A DNA stretch of 64,000 nt, taken from assembly GCA_902786355.1 (NCBI GenBank), contig CADABZ010000009.1, positions 19,498-83,497 of the forward strand, in the 5' to 3' direction. Below, one piece after another: positions 8,912-16,920 of this stretch. A model generated the notes under the pieces. The model made no database searches and had not been told where the DNA came from. It was given only the letters and a program-made list of their open reading frames with translations. The translations under genes and the position numbers were made by a program. This DNA is from an uncultured Eubacteriales bacterium (GTDB lineage Bacteria > Bacillota > Clostridia > Peptostreptococcales > Anaerovoracaceae). The first letter of the stretch is position 1, and each line of letters opens with the position of its first letter.

Positions 8912-9102
8912 GGCTTTAGGTGAATTTAAGGTTTATATGTAAAAATTAGACGGAGGCATTGCGGTTTGTTAATATAAAAATAATAATGGGTAATTTTATG
9001 GGAACTAAAGTATATTTATGATGCATATATGTTGCAGTGGAAAAACTATAATAAAACGTCAGATAAATAATGGGAACTGACTCCCCTGAATGTGGAGGTT
9101 TT

Positions 9103-9891
9103 ATGATAACTATTTGTGCTGTTGAAAATGAAGGAGACGCTGAGACAATCAGGAAAGTCACAAAAGAGATGCTTCCTGAATGCCTTTTTGTCTCTGCCGG
9201 CGGGGTATATGAAACAGGGCAGAAGATATCAGCCGATCATCCGGAAGTAGTATGGCTGGAAGCAACCCAGGATAACTATGATATGATCTCATCTCTGGAA
9301 AACACCGTTGGGATCAATTTTGTTATGGTTTCTGATGACATAGGAAAAGCGTTCGATGCGGTACATCTGAGAGCGAGCGGCTTCATCTGCAGACCGGTGA
9401 CAGAGAAGGCCGTATCAGAAGAGCTTATGAGGCTCCGGTATCCCCTGTCCTGTATGAACAGCATCAGGGTGCAGTGCTTTGGCAATTTTGAAGTGTTCTT
9501 CAACGGAAAGATCGTAAAATTCTCCCGCAGCCGCAGCAAGGAAGCTTTTGCATACCTGGTGGACAGAAGAGGAGCCGGATGCAGCGTACGTGAGCTCTGC
9601 TCGATCCTGTGGGAAGACCGCCAGGTGGACGACAGTCTTAAATCACAGTGCCGCGTGATAATGTCAGGCCTCAGAAAGGATCTGGAAGAGGCAGGCGCTT
9701 CTGATGTGCTCATAAAAGGCTGGAATGTCTGGAGTGTGGATACAGAAAAGATATCGTGCGATTTCTATGATTTCCTGCGGGACAGGAAGCGTTATGCGGA
9801 TCTCTTTATGGGAGAGTATATGTCGCAGTATTCCTGGGCTGAGCTCACGCGGGGAAGTCTGTACAGCATGACAGAGTATGATGATGAATAA
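9103..9891 (+). CDS. Atypical response-regulator-like protein: degenerate receiver + SARP/OmpR-type winged-helix DNA-binding domain
   Basis: GGAGG lies 4 nt before the ATG at 9103. The C-terminal half (VQCFGNFEVFFNGKIVKFSRSRSKEAFAYLVDRRGAGCSVRELCSILWED) is typical of SARP/BTAD-type wHTH domains. The N-terminal half aligns by eye to a receiver domain but lacks the acidic pocket. Confidence 0.6.
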   Translation: MITICAVENEGDAETIRKVTKEMLPECLFVSAGGVYETGQKISADHPEVVWLEATQDNYDMISSLENTVGINFVMVSDDIGKAFDAVHLRASGFICRPVTEKAVSEELMRLRYPLSCMNSIRVQCFGNFEVFFNGKIVKFSRSRSKEAFAYLVDRRGAGCSVRELCSILWEDRQVDDSLKSQCRVIMSGLRKDLEEAGASDVLIKGWNVWSVDTEKISCDFYDFLRDRKRYADLFMGEYMSQYSWAELTRGSLYSMTEYDDE

Positions 9892-9950
9892 TACATTGTA
9901 CTGATATATGGTCACGGCAGGGCAACTTGTTCTGACATACTCTCACAAAT

Positions 9951-9987
9951 GGGACTGAGGAAGTTTTTCCTCAGTCCCTCCTTTTTA
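9951..9987 (+). terminator. Rho-independent terminator
   Basis: GGGACTGAGG (9951-9960) pairs with CCTCAGTCCC (9969-9978), followed by TCCTTTTT. Confidence 0.8.
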
Positions 9988-10082
9988 TTGATGGTCGGCA
10001 TCAATGATGATAGAATGCAGTCATCGGCGAACATGCGGCTCTTCAGCATCGGCATGGATTCGGCAGTATCAGGAACGGATCA

Positions 10083-10979
10083 ATGGGTGAAGGACTGAGA
10101 ACAGGAGAAAAAAGCATCAGCAGATCGAAAGCCGAACTGCTTTTCACCATGCTGCTCTTCGGGACAATAGGAACCTTGTCGAGGTTCATCGACATGCCTT
10201 CGGGTGTCATATGTCTTGGAAGAGCATTTTTCGGTGTGATCATAATAATCATCGTGATAACATTGCGAAAGCAGAGTCTGGACTAGGAGGCTATTAGGCG
10301 CAATGCCGGATGGATCCTGCTCAGCTCTGTATTCATGTGCCTCAACTGGATATGCCAGTTTGAAGCATTCAAGCATACGACTATCGCGGCCGGGACACTC
10401 TGCTATTACATGCAGCCTGTCTTCTATATCCTTGCCGGCGCAATAGTTCTGAGAGAGAAGCTGTCATCAAGAAAAATGCTGTGTGTGATCATCGCATTCT
10501 GCGGTATGATACTTGTATCAGGAGTCCTTCAGACCGGCCTGAAGCTGTCGGAGCTGAAAGGGGCGCTGTACGGTGTTACCGGAGGCTTCTTCTATGCGAT
10601 GGTCGTGCTGATCAACAAGTACATGAAGGATATATCCCCGCTCAACACTACGATCGTACAACTTGCTCTTGTATCTGTCATAATGCTGCCATACTGCTAT
10701 GTGACGGGACTGTTTGCGGAAGCAACTATTACGGCCAGAGGGATGATCTGCCTTCTTATTCTCGGATTCCTGCATACGGGAATCGGTTATATCATATATT
10801 TCGATGCAGTCAACAGACTGCCGGCGCAGACAGTAGGCATACTCAGCTACATCGACCCAGTGGAAGCGGTGCTGCTTTCAGCGTTTTTCCTGAAAGAGCC
10901 TGTGACCGTATTTACCATTGCCGGAGCTGTTATGATCCTCGGGGCTGCGGCATACAGTGAGCTTGGAGAAAATGGATAG
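10083..10979 (+). pseudogene. EamA/DMT-family transporter interrupted by one in-frame TAG (10284-10286)
   Basis: Track ORFs 10083-10286 and 10335-10979 are in the same frame. Read-through gives ...LRKQSLD*EAIRRNAGWILLSSVFMCLNWICQFEAFKHTT..., a continuous 10-TM EamA architecture. Confidence 0.7.
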
Positions 10980-11280
10980 AGAATATCTCAGAGATTATCT
11001 GCATACAAGGCGCATGGGCTGGCCTTATGAGGACAGCTACAGAGTGGAGCGAAAAGACGGGCATCGTTTTATTGCGTTTATAGGCGATGAGCTTGCCGGG
11101 CTCTCATATGCCGATATCATTACCCCGGGAGAAGAAGCGCGGATGAAGATGAACCTGAAGTCTCAGTATGCAGAGTACGGCATAGGAACGGAGCTTCTGC
11201 ATCTTCTGATGGAGGATCTCATAAGCTCAGGATCAATAAGGACAAACGTAACAGAAAGGAAAATGCCGAAAAGATTATAA
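10972..11280 (+). CDS. Small hypothetical protein, weak GNAT-like motif
   Basis: The ATG at 10972 overlaps the EamA stop. YGIGTELLHLLMEDL resembles GNAT motif A, but the protein (~102 aa) is too short for a full GNAT fold. Confidence 0.35.
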   Translation: MDREYLRDYLHTRRMGWPYEDSYRVERKDGHRFIAFIGDELAGLSYADIITPGEEARMKMNLKSQYAEYGIGTELLHLLMEDLISSGSIRTNVTERKMPKRL

Positions 11281-11297
11281 AAACAAAGGATTTTCGG

Positions 11298-11774
11298 ATG
11301 CATAGAGATTTTATGGAAACCAGGACAAAAATTCTTTTTGTATGCCACGGCAATATATGCAGAAGCCCTATGGCTGAATTCGTGATGAAAGACATGGCTG
11401 CAAAGAGGGGCGTCAGTGACAGGTTCGAGATAGACTCTGCGGCTACGAGCAGGGAGGAGATCGGCAATCCTGTATACCCGCCGGCAAGGAGGAAGCTTGC
11501 GGAAAACGGAATAGGATGCAGCGGGCACAGAGCGTGGCAGATGACTAAGAAAGACTACGACAGGTACGACATGATCATCTGTATGGACTATAATAATATA
11601 AGGAACATACACAGGATCACCGGCGGAGACCCGGAAGGCAAGATAAGCCTTCTTCTCGACCACACTGCAAGGGCCGGGCAGGAGGTTGCGGATCCGTGGT
11701 ATACGGGCAATTTTGACGCGACATGGAGAGATGTCACAGAGGGCTGTGAAGGACTTCTTGATGAGCTCCTGTGA
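11298..11774 (+). CDS. Low-molecular-weight protein-tyrosine phosphatase
   Basis: The CX5R P-loop LFVCHGNICRSPMAE and the DP motif (VADPWY) are present. The SD AAGGA lies 7 nt upstream. Confidence 0.9.
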   Translation: MHRDFMETRTKILFVCHGNICRSPMAEFVMKDMAAKRGVSDRFEIDSAATSREEIGNPVYPPARRKLAENGIGCSGHRAWQMTKKDYDRYDMIICMDYNNIRNIHRITGGDPEGKISLLLDHTARAGQEVADPWYTGNFDATWRDVTEGCEGLLDELL

Positions 11775-11839
11775 GAAGCGGCAGGCAGCAGATATTCTGA
11801 AGGGGAAAGGGTACAGAAGGATCAAAGAGGGACGAAGGT

Positions 11840-13018
11840 ATGAAGTACAGAAAAGACAGATACGGAAATGAACTCTCACAGCTGGGATACGGCTGCATGA
11901 GATTCACAAGAAAAGGCGCGCAGCCGGATTATGAGAAGGCCGAGCGCGAGATCATGCATGCGATCGACTGCGGCGTCAACTATTTTGACACTGCATACGC
12001 ATACCCGGGAAGCGAAGAGACTCTCGGCAGGATACTCAGCGAAAACGGAGTAAGAGACAAGGTCAATGTAGCTACGAAGCTGCCTCAGTATCTGATGAGG
12101 TCGATCAAGGCTGTCGACAGGACATTCAGAGAAGAACTCGAAAGGCTCAGGACTGACCACGTAGATTACTATCTGATGCACATGTTCACAGATATCTCGG
12201 AGTGGGAGCGTCTAAGATCACTGGGCATAGAGAAATGGATCAGCGAGCGCAAGGCGGAAGGCAGCATCAGGCAGATCGGCTTCTCATATCATGGAGATAC
12301 GGATATGTTCCTCAGGATCCTTGATGCCTATGACTGGGATTTCTGTCAGGTCCAGTACAACTACCTTGATGAGACGAGCCAGGCAGGACGCAAGGGCGTC
12401 ATGGCTGCAGCTGAGAAAGGCATCCCTGTCATAATAATGGAGCCTCTCAGAGGAGGAAAGCTCGTCAATCTGCCTGTGGGAGCAAGGCGCGAACTCAGAG
12501 AAAGCGGCACAGGCTACTCAGCAGCTGAGCTCGGACTCAGATGGCTGTGGGATCAGAGCGAGGTAACAGTCGTGCTTTCGGGAATGAACTCCATGGAGAT
12601 GCTCGACGAGAACCTCAGGATCGCTTCGGATGCGATGCCGGGGAATTTTACAGCAGAGCATCACGCACTTGTCGACAGGATCAGGGGGATCATCAGAGAG
12701 AAGGAAAAAGTAGGCTGCACAGGCTGCAGATACTGCATGCCTTGTCCTCAGGGAGTCGATATTCCGGGGACCTTCTACTATTACAATCTCATGTATATAG
12801 AGGGAAAGAAAGCTGGTGTAAGATTCGAATACGCCAGGAATGTGGGACTTCAGAAGGAAGCAGGCTTTGCATCCGCATGCGTCGGATGCGGAAAGTGCGA
12901 GATGCACTGCCCTCAGCATATCAAGATAAGGGATATGCTGAAGAAAGCAGACAGAGACTTGAGACCTCTGCCTTACAGGATAGGCATGTCTGTGGCCAGG
13001 AAGGTTTTTTCAAGATAA
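11840..13018 (+). CDS. Aldo/keto reductase fused to a 2x[4Fe-4S] ferredoxin-like C-terminal domain
   Basis: The AKR N-terminus is YGCMRF...NYFDTAYAYPGSEE...DYYLMH. The C-terminus carries CTGCRYCMPCPQGV and CVGCGKCEMHCPQH motifs. Confidence 0.85.
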   Translation: MKYRKDRYGNELSQLGYGCMRFTRKGAQPDYEKAEREIMHAIDCGVNYFDTAYAYPGSEETLGRILSENGVRDKVNVATKLPQYLMRSIKAVDRTFREELERLRTDHVDYYLMHMFTDISEWERLRSLGIEKWISERKAEGSIRQIGFSYHGDTDMFLRILDAYDWDFCQVQYNYLDETSQAGRKGVMAAAEKGIPVIIMEPLRGGKLVNLPVGARRELRESGTGYSAAELGLRWLWDQSEVTVVLSGMNSMEMLDENLRIASDAMPGNFTAEHHALVDRIRGIIREKEKVGCTGCRYCMPCPQGVDIPGTFYYYNLMYIEGKKAGVRFEYARNVGLQKEAGFASACVGCGKCEMHCPQHIKIRDMLKKADRDLRPLPYRIGMSVARKVFSR

Positions 13019-13036
13019 GATCGGAGACATCTGCAT

Positions 13037-13630
13037 ATGCTGGCTAAAGCACATATAACGGCAGGAATGGCTGCTGCTTTTTCAATAATAATGCCGGCAG
13101 ATGCAGAGACGGCGCTGACCGTTGTCGCGGGAGCATCGCTTGGCTGCCTCGTATGCGACATAGACTGCGACAATCCGTCTGAGAAGTCAGACTCGGCACA
13201 CTGGAGACGGGTGATGATCGCTGTCTTCGCTGCAGCGCTGGCGGCTGACCATCTCCTGGACGGAATCATGACTCGGACTCTGGCAGAAAGCAATCCGTAT
13301 ATCTCCTGCGCAGGGATCGCGGGCTTTGTGCTGACGTGCGCATTTGCGAGCATTTCCGATCACAGGGGATTCTCACATTCGCTGCCGGCTCTCGCTATAG
13401 AGACGGTATTCGTGAAGATGGCATTTCCCGCAGCAGCTGAAGCATTCGCGATTGCCTTCATAACTCATCTGATACTGGATCTTATGAACAAAAAGCCGGT
13501 CAGACTGCTCTATCCTCTGAGAAAGGGGTTCTGTCTTGGCTGGTTCTATGCGGACAGACTCGCCAACAAAGTTTTTGCAGCTGCCGGTAGTGTATGGCTC
13601 ATCCTGGCGGTCATCGTAAGCCTGAGGTGA
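13037..13630 (+). CDS. Membrane-bound metal-dependent hydrolase, YdjM/DUF457-like
   Basis: It contains H..G near the N-terminus, SDHRGFSHSL, and ITHLILDLMNK motifs, with several TM helices. Confidence 0.65.
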   Translation: MLAKAHITAGMAAAFSIIMPADAETALTVVAGASLGCLVCDIDCDNPSEKSDSAHWRRVMIAVFAAALAADHLLDGIMTRTLAESNPYISCAGIAGFVLTCAFASISDHRGFSHSLPALAIETVFVKMAFPAAAEAFAIAFITHLILDLMNKKPVRLLYPLRKGFCLGWFYADRLANKVFAAAGSVWLILAVIVSLR

Positions 13631-13632
13631 AG

Positions 13633-14547
13633 ATGGAAGAACAGAGGCATAAGAGCAACAGCGGGAATATCGCCGCTGGCACTGTGATAACTCTCACAGG
13701 TGCCGGGCTGTGGGGCCTTAACGCCGTAGTGAGCAAATATCTGATGGCGCGCGGCCTCGATACGATGTGGGTCGTCAACTTCAGGATGATCATGTCGGGT
13801 ATCGTGCTGCTTATCGCTGCCGCATTCAGAAATCCCGGAGGCTTCTTCGATATATGGAAAGACAGAAGGTCTGTGATACGGCTCCTTATAATAGCCGCTT
13901 TCGCCTTCGGCGTATGCCAGACGACTTACTATCTGTCTATCGATTACAGCAACGCAGGAATAGCGAGCGCTATCCAGCAGACTGCGCCGGTGTTCGTGCT
14001 TATAGCAGTCATCATCAGGGAGCACAGGCTTCCCCGAAGAGCAGAGCTGCTGACTCTGCCGCTTGTAATATTCGGATCGTTTCTCATAGCTACTCACGGA
14101 GATATCCATGCACTGGCTGTTGATCCATTGGCCCTGCTGTTCGGGCTGATCTCAGCTCTGACGTGCGCGCTGTATATGGTGCTTCCGTCTGAACTGATAA
14201 AACGATACGGCACATTTGAGACAGTAGGATGGGGCCTCTTCCTGGGAGGCTGCATGATAGCTCCTTTCTGCAGACTGTGGGAATTCCCGGCTGCATGGGA
14301 CGGAGCGCTGATAGCCGGAATGATATTCATAATCCTGCCGGGTGCAGCGATAGCATTCGCGATGTTCCTCTACGGAACGAGCATAGTTGGTCCTGTAAAA
14401 GGCGGGGTGTATAATCTGTTTGAGCCGGTCGTGGCTGTTACGGCTTCCGCGGCACTGCTCGGACAGAGCTTTCACATAGCGGAGCTTCTCGGCATAGCGG
14501 CGATACTGCTGGGCATAGCCATCCTTACAGTATCGAAGGCCGAGTGA
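13633..14547 (+). CDS. EamA/DMT-family transporter
   Basis: It has 10 predicted TM helices in two EamA repeats. The ATG at 13633 is preceded by GAGGTGA, and the track start at 13594 overlaps the previous gene. Confidence 0.8.
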   Translation: MEEQRHKSNSGNIAAGTVITLTGAGLWGLNAVVSKYLMARGLDTMWVVNFRMIMSGIVLLIAAAFRNPGGFFDIWKDRRSVIRLLIIAAFAFGVCQTTYYLSIDYSNAGIASAIQQTAPVFVLIAVIIREHRLPRRAELLTLPLVIFGSFLIATHGDIHALAVDPLALLFGLISALTCALYMVLPSELIKRYGTFETVGWGLFLGGCMIAPFCRLWEFPAAWDGALIAGMIFIILPGAAIAFAMFLYGTSIVGPVKGGVYNLFEPVVAVTASAALLGQSFHIAELLGIAAILLGIAILTVSKAE

Positions 14548-14584
14548 AGTATCAGACAGGGAGATACGGAAGGAAGGCACAGAC

Positions 14585-14809
14585 ATGGGACTTTTTACAA
14601 GAAAAAAGACATCATATCCGGTATTTCCTGAGGGAGACTATGAGCCGGTCCTCAGATGCAGCATATGCACCGGCGAGCAGGTCCTCTGCGCCAGAGAGAA
14701 GGCGACGGGGCAGCTCCTTGAGCTCATGCTGATCAGAAATCCCGCGCAGCTCGAGGGCTTCTGCGGGGAAAACGGGCTCGATCCGAAGAATATACAGAAG
14801 ATATACTGA
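14585..14809 (+). CDS. Small conserved hypothetical protein (74 aa, RCSICTGEQV motif)
   Basis: The ORF has the motif PVLRCSICTGEQV...LMLI. I recognise similar small proteins in Clostridia, but their function is unknown. Confidence 0.45.
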   Translation: MGLFTRKKTSYPVFPEGDYEPVLRCSICTGEQVLCAREKATGQLLELMLIRNPAQLEGFCGENGLDPKNIQKIY

Positions 14810-14828
14810 GAAAGATGGAATCAGAACA

Positions 14829-15227
14829 GTGAAGAATATACACGTTGTTGCAGCTGTAATAGAACAGGACGGAAAGATCTTCGCCACACAGCGGGGCTAT
14901 GGCGATTATAAGGACTGGTGGGAATTCCCGGGCGGGAAGATGGAGCCGGGCGAATCGCCGGAGGAAGCTCTGGCCAGGGAGATCAGAGAAGAGCTGGATA
15001 CAGAGATATCTGTCGGGAAGCTCATCACTTCAGTCGAATACGATTATCCGAAGTTCCATATGCTGATGGACTGCTTCATGTGCAATATAGTCAGCGGAGA
15101 TCTGAAGCTGCTTGAGCACGAGGCTGCAAGGTGGCTGTCTGCAGATGAACTGTGGGACGTGAAGTGGCTGCCGTCGGATATCAGAGTGATCGAAGAAATA
15201 GAGAAGATGATCGGAGGCACGGTATGA
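14829..15227 (+). CDS. Nudix hydrolase (MutT-like NTP pyrophosphohydrolase)
   Basis: It carries the Nudix box GGKMEPGESPEEALAREIREELD and starts at GTG 14829. Confidence 0.85.
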   Translation: MKNIHVVAAVIEQDGKIFATQRGYGDYKDWWEFPGGKMEPGESPEEALAREIREELDTEISVGKLITSVEYDYPKFHMLMDCFMCNIVSGDLKLLEHEAARWLSADELWDVKWLPSDIRVIEEIEKMIGGTV

Positions 15228-15748
15228 GAAAACTTCTTGTAGTAGTGGATATGCAGAACGATTTTATCGACGGATCGCTCGGGACTCCCGAGGCTGTCGC
15301 CATCGTTGAAAACGTGAAGAACAAGATCAGAGAGTATGACCTGAAGGACGTCTTCGTGACTATGGACACGCATACTCCTGACTATCTTGATACACAGGAA
15401 GGAAGGAATCTTCCTGTAGTACATTGTGTAAAAGGCACCGAAGGATGGCAGATAAGAAGCGACATCCGGGAGCTCCTGCAGGGTGCCAGGATATATGAGA
15501 AGCCGACGTTCGGAAGCACCGAGCTTGCCCGCGACATTGCTGCCGAGGCTGCAGGCGGAGAGATTTCGGAGATCGAGCTTATCGGATTGTGCACTGATAT
15601 CTGCGTTGTTTCCAACGCGCTTCTCATTAAAGCAGTACTGCCGGAAGTCCCTGTAGCTGTAGATGCATCATGCTGTGCCGGAGTAACTCCGCAGTCGCAT
15701 CAGGCAGCTCTTGAGACCATGAAGATGTGCCAGGTACACATCAGGTGA
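15224..15748 (+). CDS. Cysteine hydrolase, isochorismatase/nicotinamidase family
   Basis: The start overlaps the Nudix stop as ATGA. It has VVVDMQNDFIDGSLG and a catalytic-Cys region LIGLCTDICV. Confidence 0.75.
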   Translation: MRKLLVVVDMQNDFIDGSLGTPEAVAIVENVKNKIREYDLKDVFVTMDTHTPDYLDTQEGRNLPVVHCVKGTEGWQIRSDIRELLQGARIYEKPTFGSTELARDIAAEAAGGEISEIELIGLCTDICVVSNALLIKAVLPEVPVAVDASCCAGVTPQSHQAALETMKMCQVHIR

Positions 15749-15786
15749 TAACAGATCTTTCATGAATGCGAGGGGCATGGTTAGTG

Positions 15787-15816
15787 TTGTCTGTCCAGTT
15801 AAGGCTGTGATAAAAT
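15787..15816 (+). promoter_or_regulatory. Candidate sigma-A promoter (TTGTCT -18 nt- TGaTAAAAT)
   Basis: The -35-like TTGTCT is at 15787-15792 and an extended -10, TGATAAAAT, ends at 15816. This is 31 nt upstream of the TM1266-like ATG. Confidence 0.45.
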
Positions 15817-15846
15817 ACGGCTATCGTTTCGTACAAGGAGATACAA

Positions 15847-16092
15847 ATGGAAACAAGAGTCGCAGTGATAAGCATAATTGTCACTAAGGCAGATCAGGTA
15901 GAAGTACTCAACGACCTTCTCCATGAGTACTCGGAATTCATCCTCGGCAGGATGGGAGTCCCGTACAGAGAGAAGGGTCTTAATATAATAAGCGTTGCCA
16001 TAGATGCACCGATGGACAGGATCAATGCCCTGAGCGGTGCGCTTGGAAGACTTGACGGCATCAATGCCAAGGTAGTCTACGCAAAAGCCTGA
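15847..16092 (+). CDS. TM1266-family ACT/NikR-C-like small regulator (usually annotated 'iron-only hydrogenase system regulator')
   Basis: In this 81-aa protein, RVAVISIIV...LNDLLHEYSEFILGRMGVPYREKGLNIISVAIDAP...ALSGALGRL matches my memory of the TIGR03959/TM1266 family. Confidence 0.6.
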   Translation: METRVAVISIIVTKADQVEVLNDLLHEYSEFILGRMGVPYREKGLNIISVAIDAPMDRINALSGALGRLDGINAKVVYAKA

Positions 16093-16098
16093 AGTCTT

Positions 16099-16122
16099 GC
16101 CCTGAAGGGGACAGGGCTTTTT
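16099..16122 (+). terminator. Intrinsic terminator / attenuator hairpin between TM1266-like gene and nifH-like gene
   Basis: GCCCTG (16099-16104) pairs with CAGGGC (16112-16117), followed by TTTTT (16118-16122). It starts 7 nt after the stop codon and ends 17 nt before the SD of the next gene. Confidence 0.55.
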
Positions 16123-16154
16123 GTGTTGAAAAAACGATCGGAGGATCACATATA

Positions 16155-16916
16155 ATGGTCAAAATAGCAGTTTACGGCAAAGGGGGTATCGGGAAATCCA
16201 CGACAGTTTCCAACGTCTCGGCAGCACTTGCAGACATGGGATATAAGGTCATGCAGATAGGCTGCGATCCGAAGGCGGACTCCACTGCCAGTCTGCACGG
16301 AAAAGGCAGCATAACTACAGTGCTTGATCTTGTCAGGAAGCACAAGAATGATTTTGCGCTTGAAGACATGGTCTGCGAAGGCTACGGCGGTGTTATCTGT
16401 GTTGAAGCCGGAGGACCGACTCCTGGACTCGGATGCGCCGGGCGCGGGATAATCGCAGCCCTTGAGAAGCTCAAAGAAAAAGGCGCATACAAAGTCTATA
16501 AGCCTGACGTAGTGATCTATGACGTCCTCGGTGATGTCGTGTGCGGAGGCTTTTCGATGCCGATGAGAGGCGGATACGCTGACAAGGTATTCATCATCAC
16601 ATCAGGCGAGAACATGGCGATCCATGCTGCAGCCAACATTGCAGTCGCCCTGGAAGGATTCAAAGACAGAGGCTATGCAAGCCTCGGCGGCATCATACTC
16701 AACCACAGGAATGTGAGAGATGAGGATGCCAAGGTCGCAGAGCTTGCTGATGATATCCATTCTGAGGTCATCGGAGAGCTTACAAGGAGCGAGACTGTGA
16801 CCGATGCAGAGGATCTTGGCAAAACTGTCATAGAGGCGTTCCCTGAGAGCGCTATGGCAGACGAATACCGTACACTGGCAGAAAAGCTGACCGCGATATG
16901 CGGGATAGAAAAATAA
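16155..16916 (+). CDS. NifH/BchL-family ATPase-reductase (nitrogenase iron protein-like, 'NflH'-type)
   Basis: It keeps the P-loop GKGGIGKST, switch I DPKADST, and the two [4Fe-4S] ligands in GLGCAGRG and DVVCGGFSMP. At 253 aa it is shorter than true NifH. Confidence 0.9.
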   Translation: MVKIAVYGKGGIGKSTTVSNVSAALADMGYKVMQIGCDPKADSTASLHGKGSITTVLDLVRKHKNDFALEDMVCEGYGGVICVEAGGPTPGLGCAGRGIIAALEKLKEKGAYKVYKPDVVIYDVLGDVVCGGFSMPMRGGYADKVFIITSGENMAIHAAANIAVALEGFKDRGYASLGGIILNHRNVRDEDAKVAELADDIHSEVIGELTRSETVTDAEDLGKTVIEAFPESAMADEYRTLAEKLTAICGIEK

Positions 16917-16920
16917 AGCT

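Noticed and set aside
10284-10286. The TAG in the EamA gene read as a pyrrolysine or other recoding signal.
   Set aside because: No pyl genes or methylamine methyltransferases occur in the window. A TGG to TAG nonsense mutation is the parsimonious explanation. It is kept as a pseudogene finding only.
10481-10960. A 159-aa + strand ORF in an alternative frame inside the EamA gene.
   Set aside because: It overlaps a clearly membrane-protein-encoding frame. The translation is Arg/Cys/Tyr-rich with no features.
16151-16156. A perfect TATAAT just before or overlapping the nifH-like ATG, considered as a possible promoter.
   Set aside because: A start site 7 nt downstream would fall inside the coding sequence and remove both the ATG and the SD. 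No -35 lies at a suitable distance.
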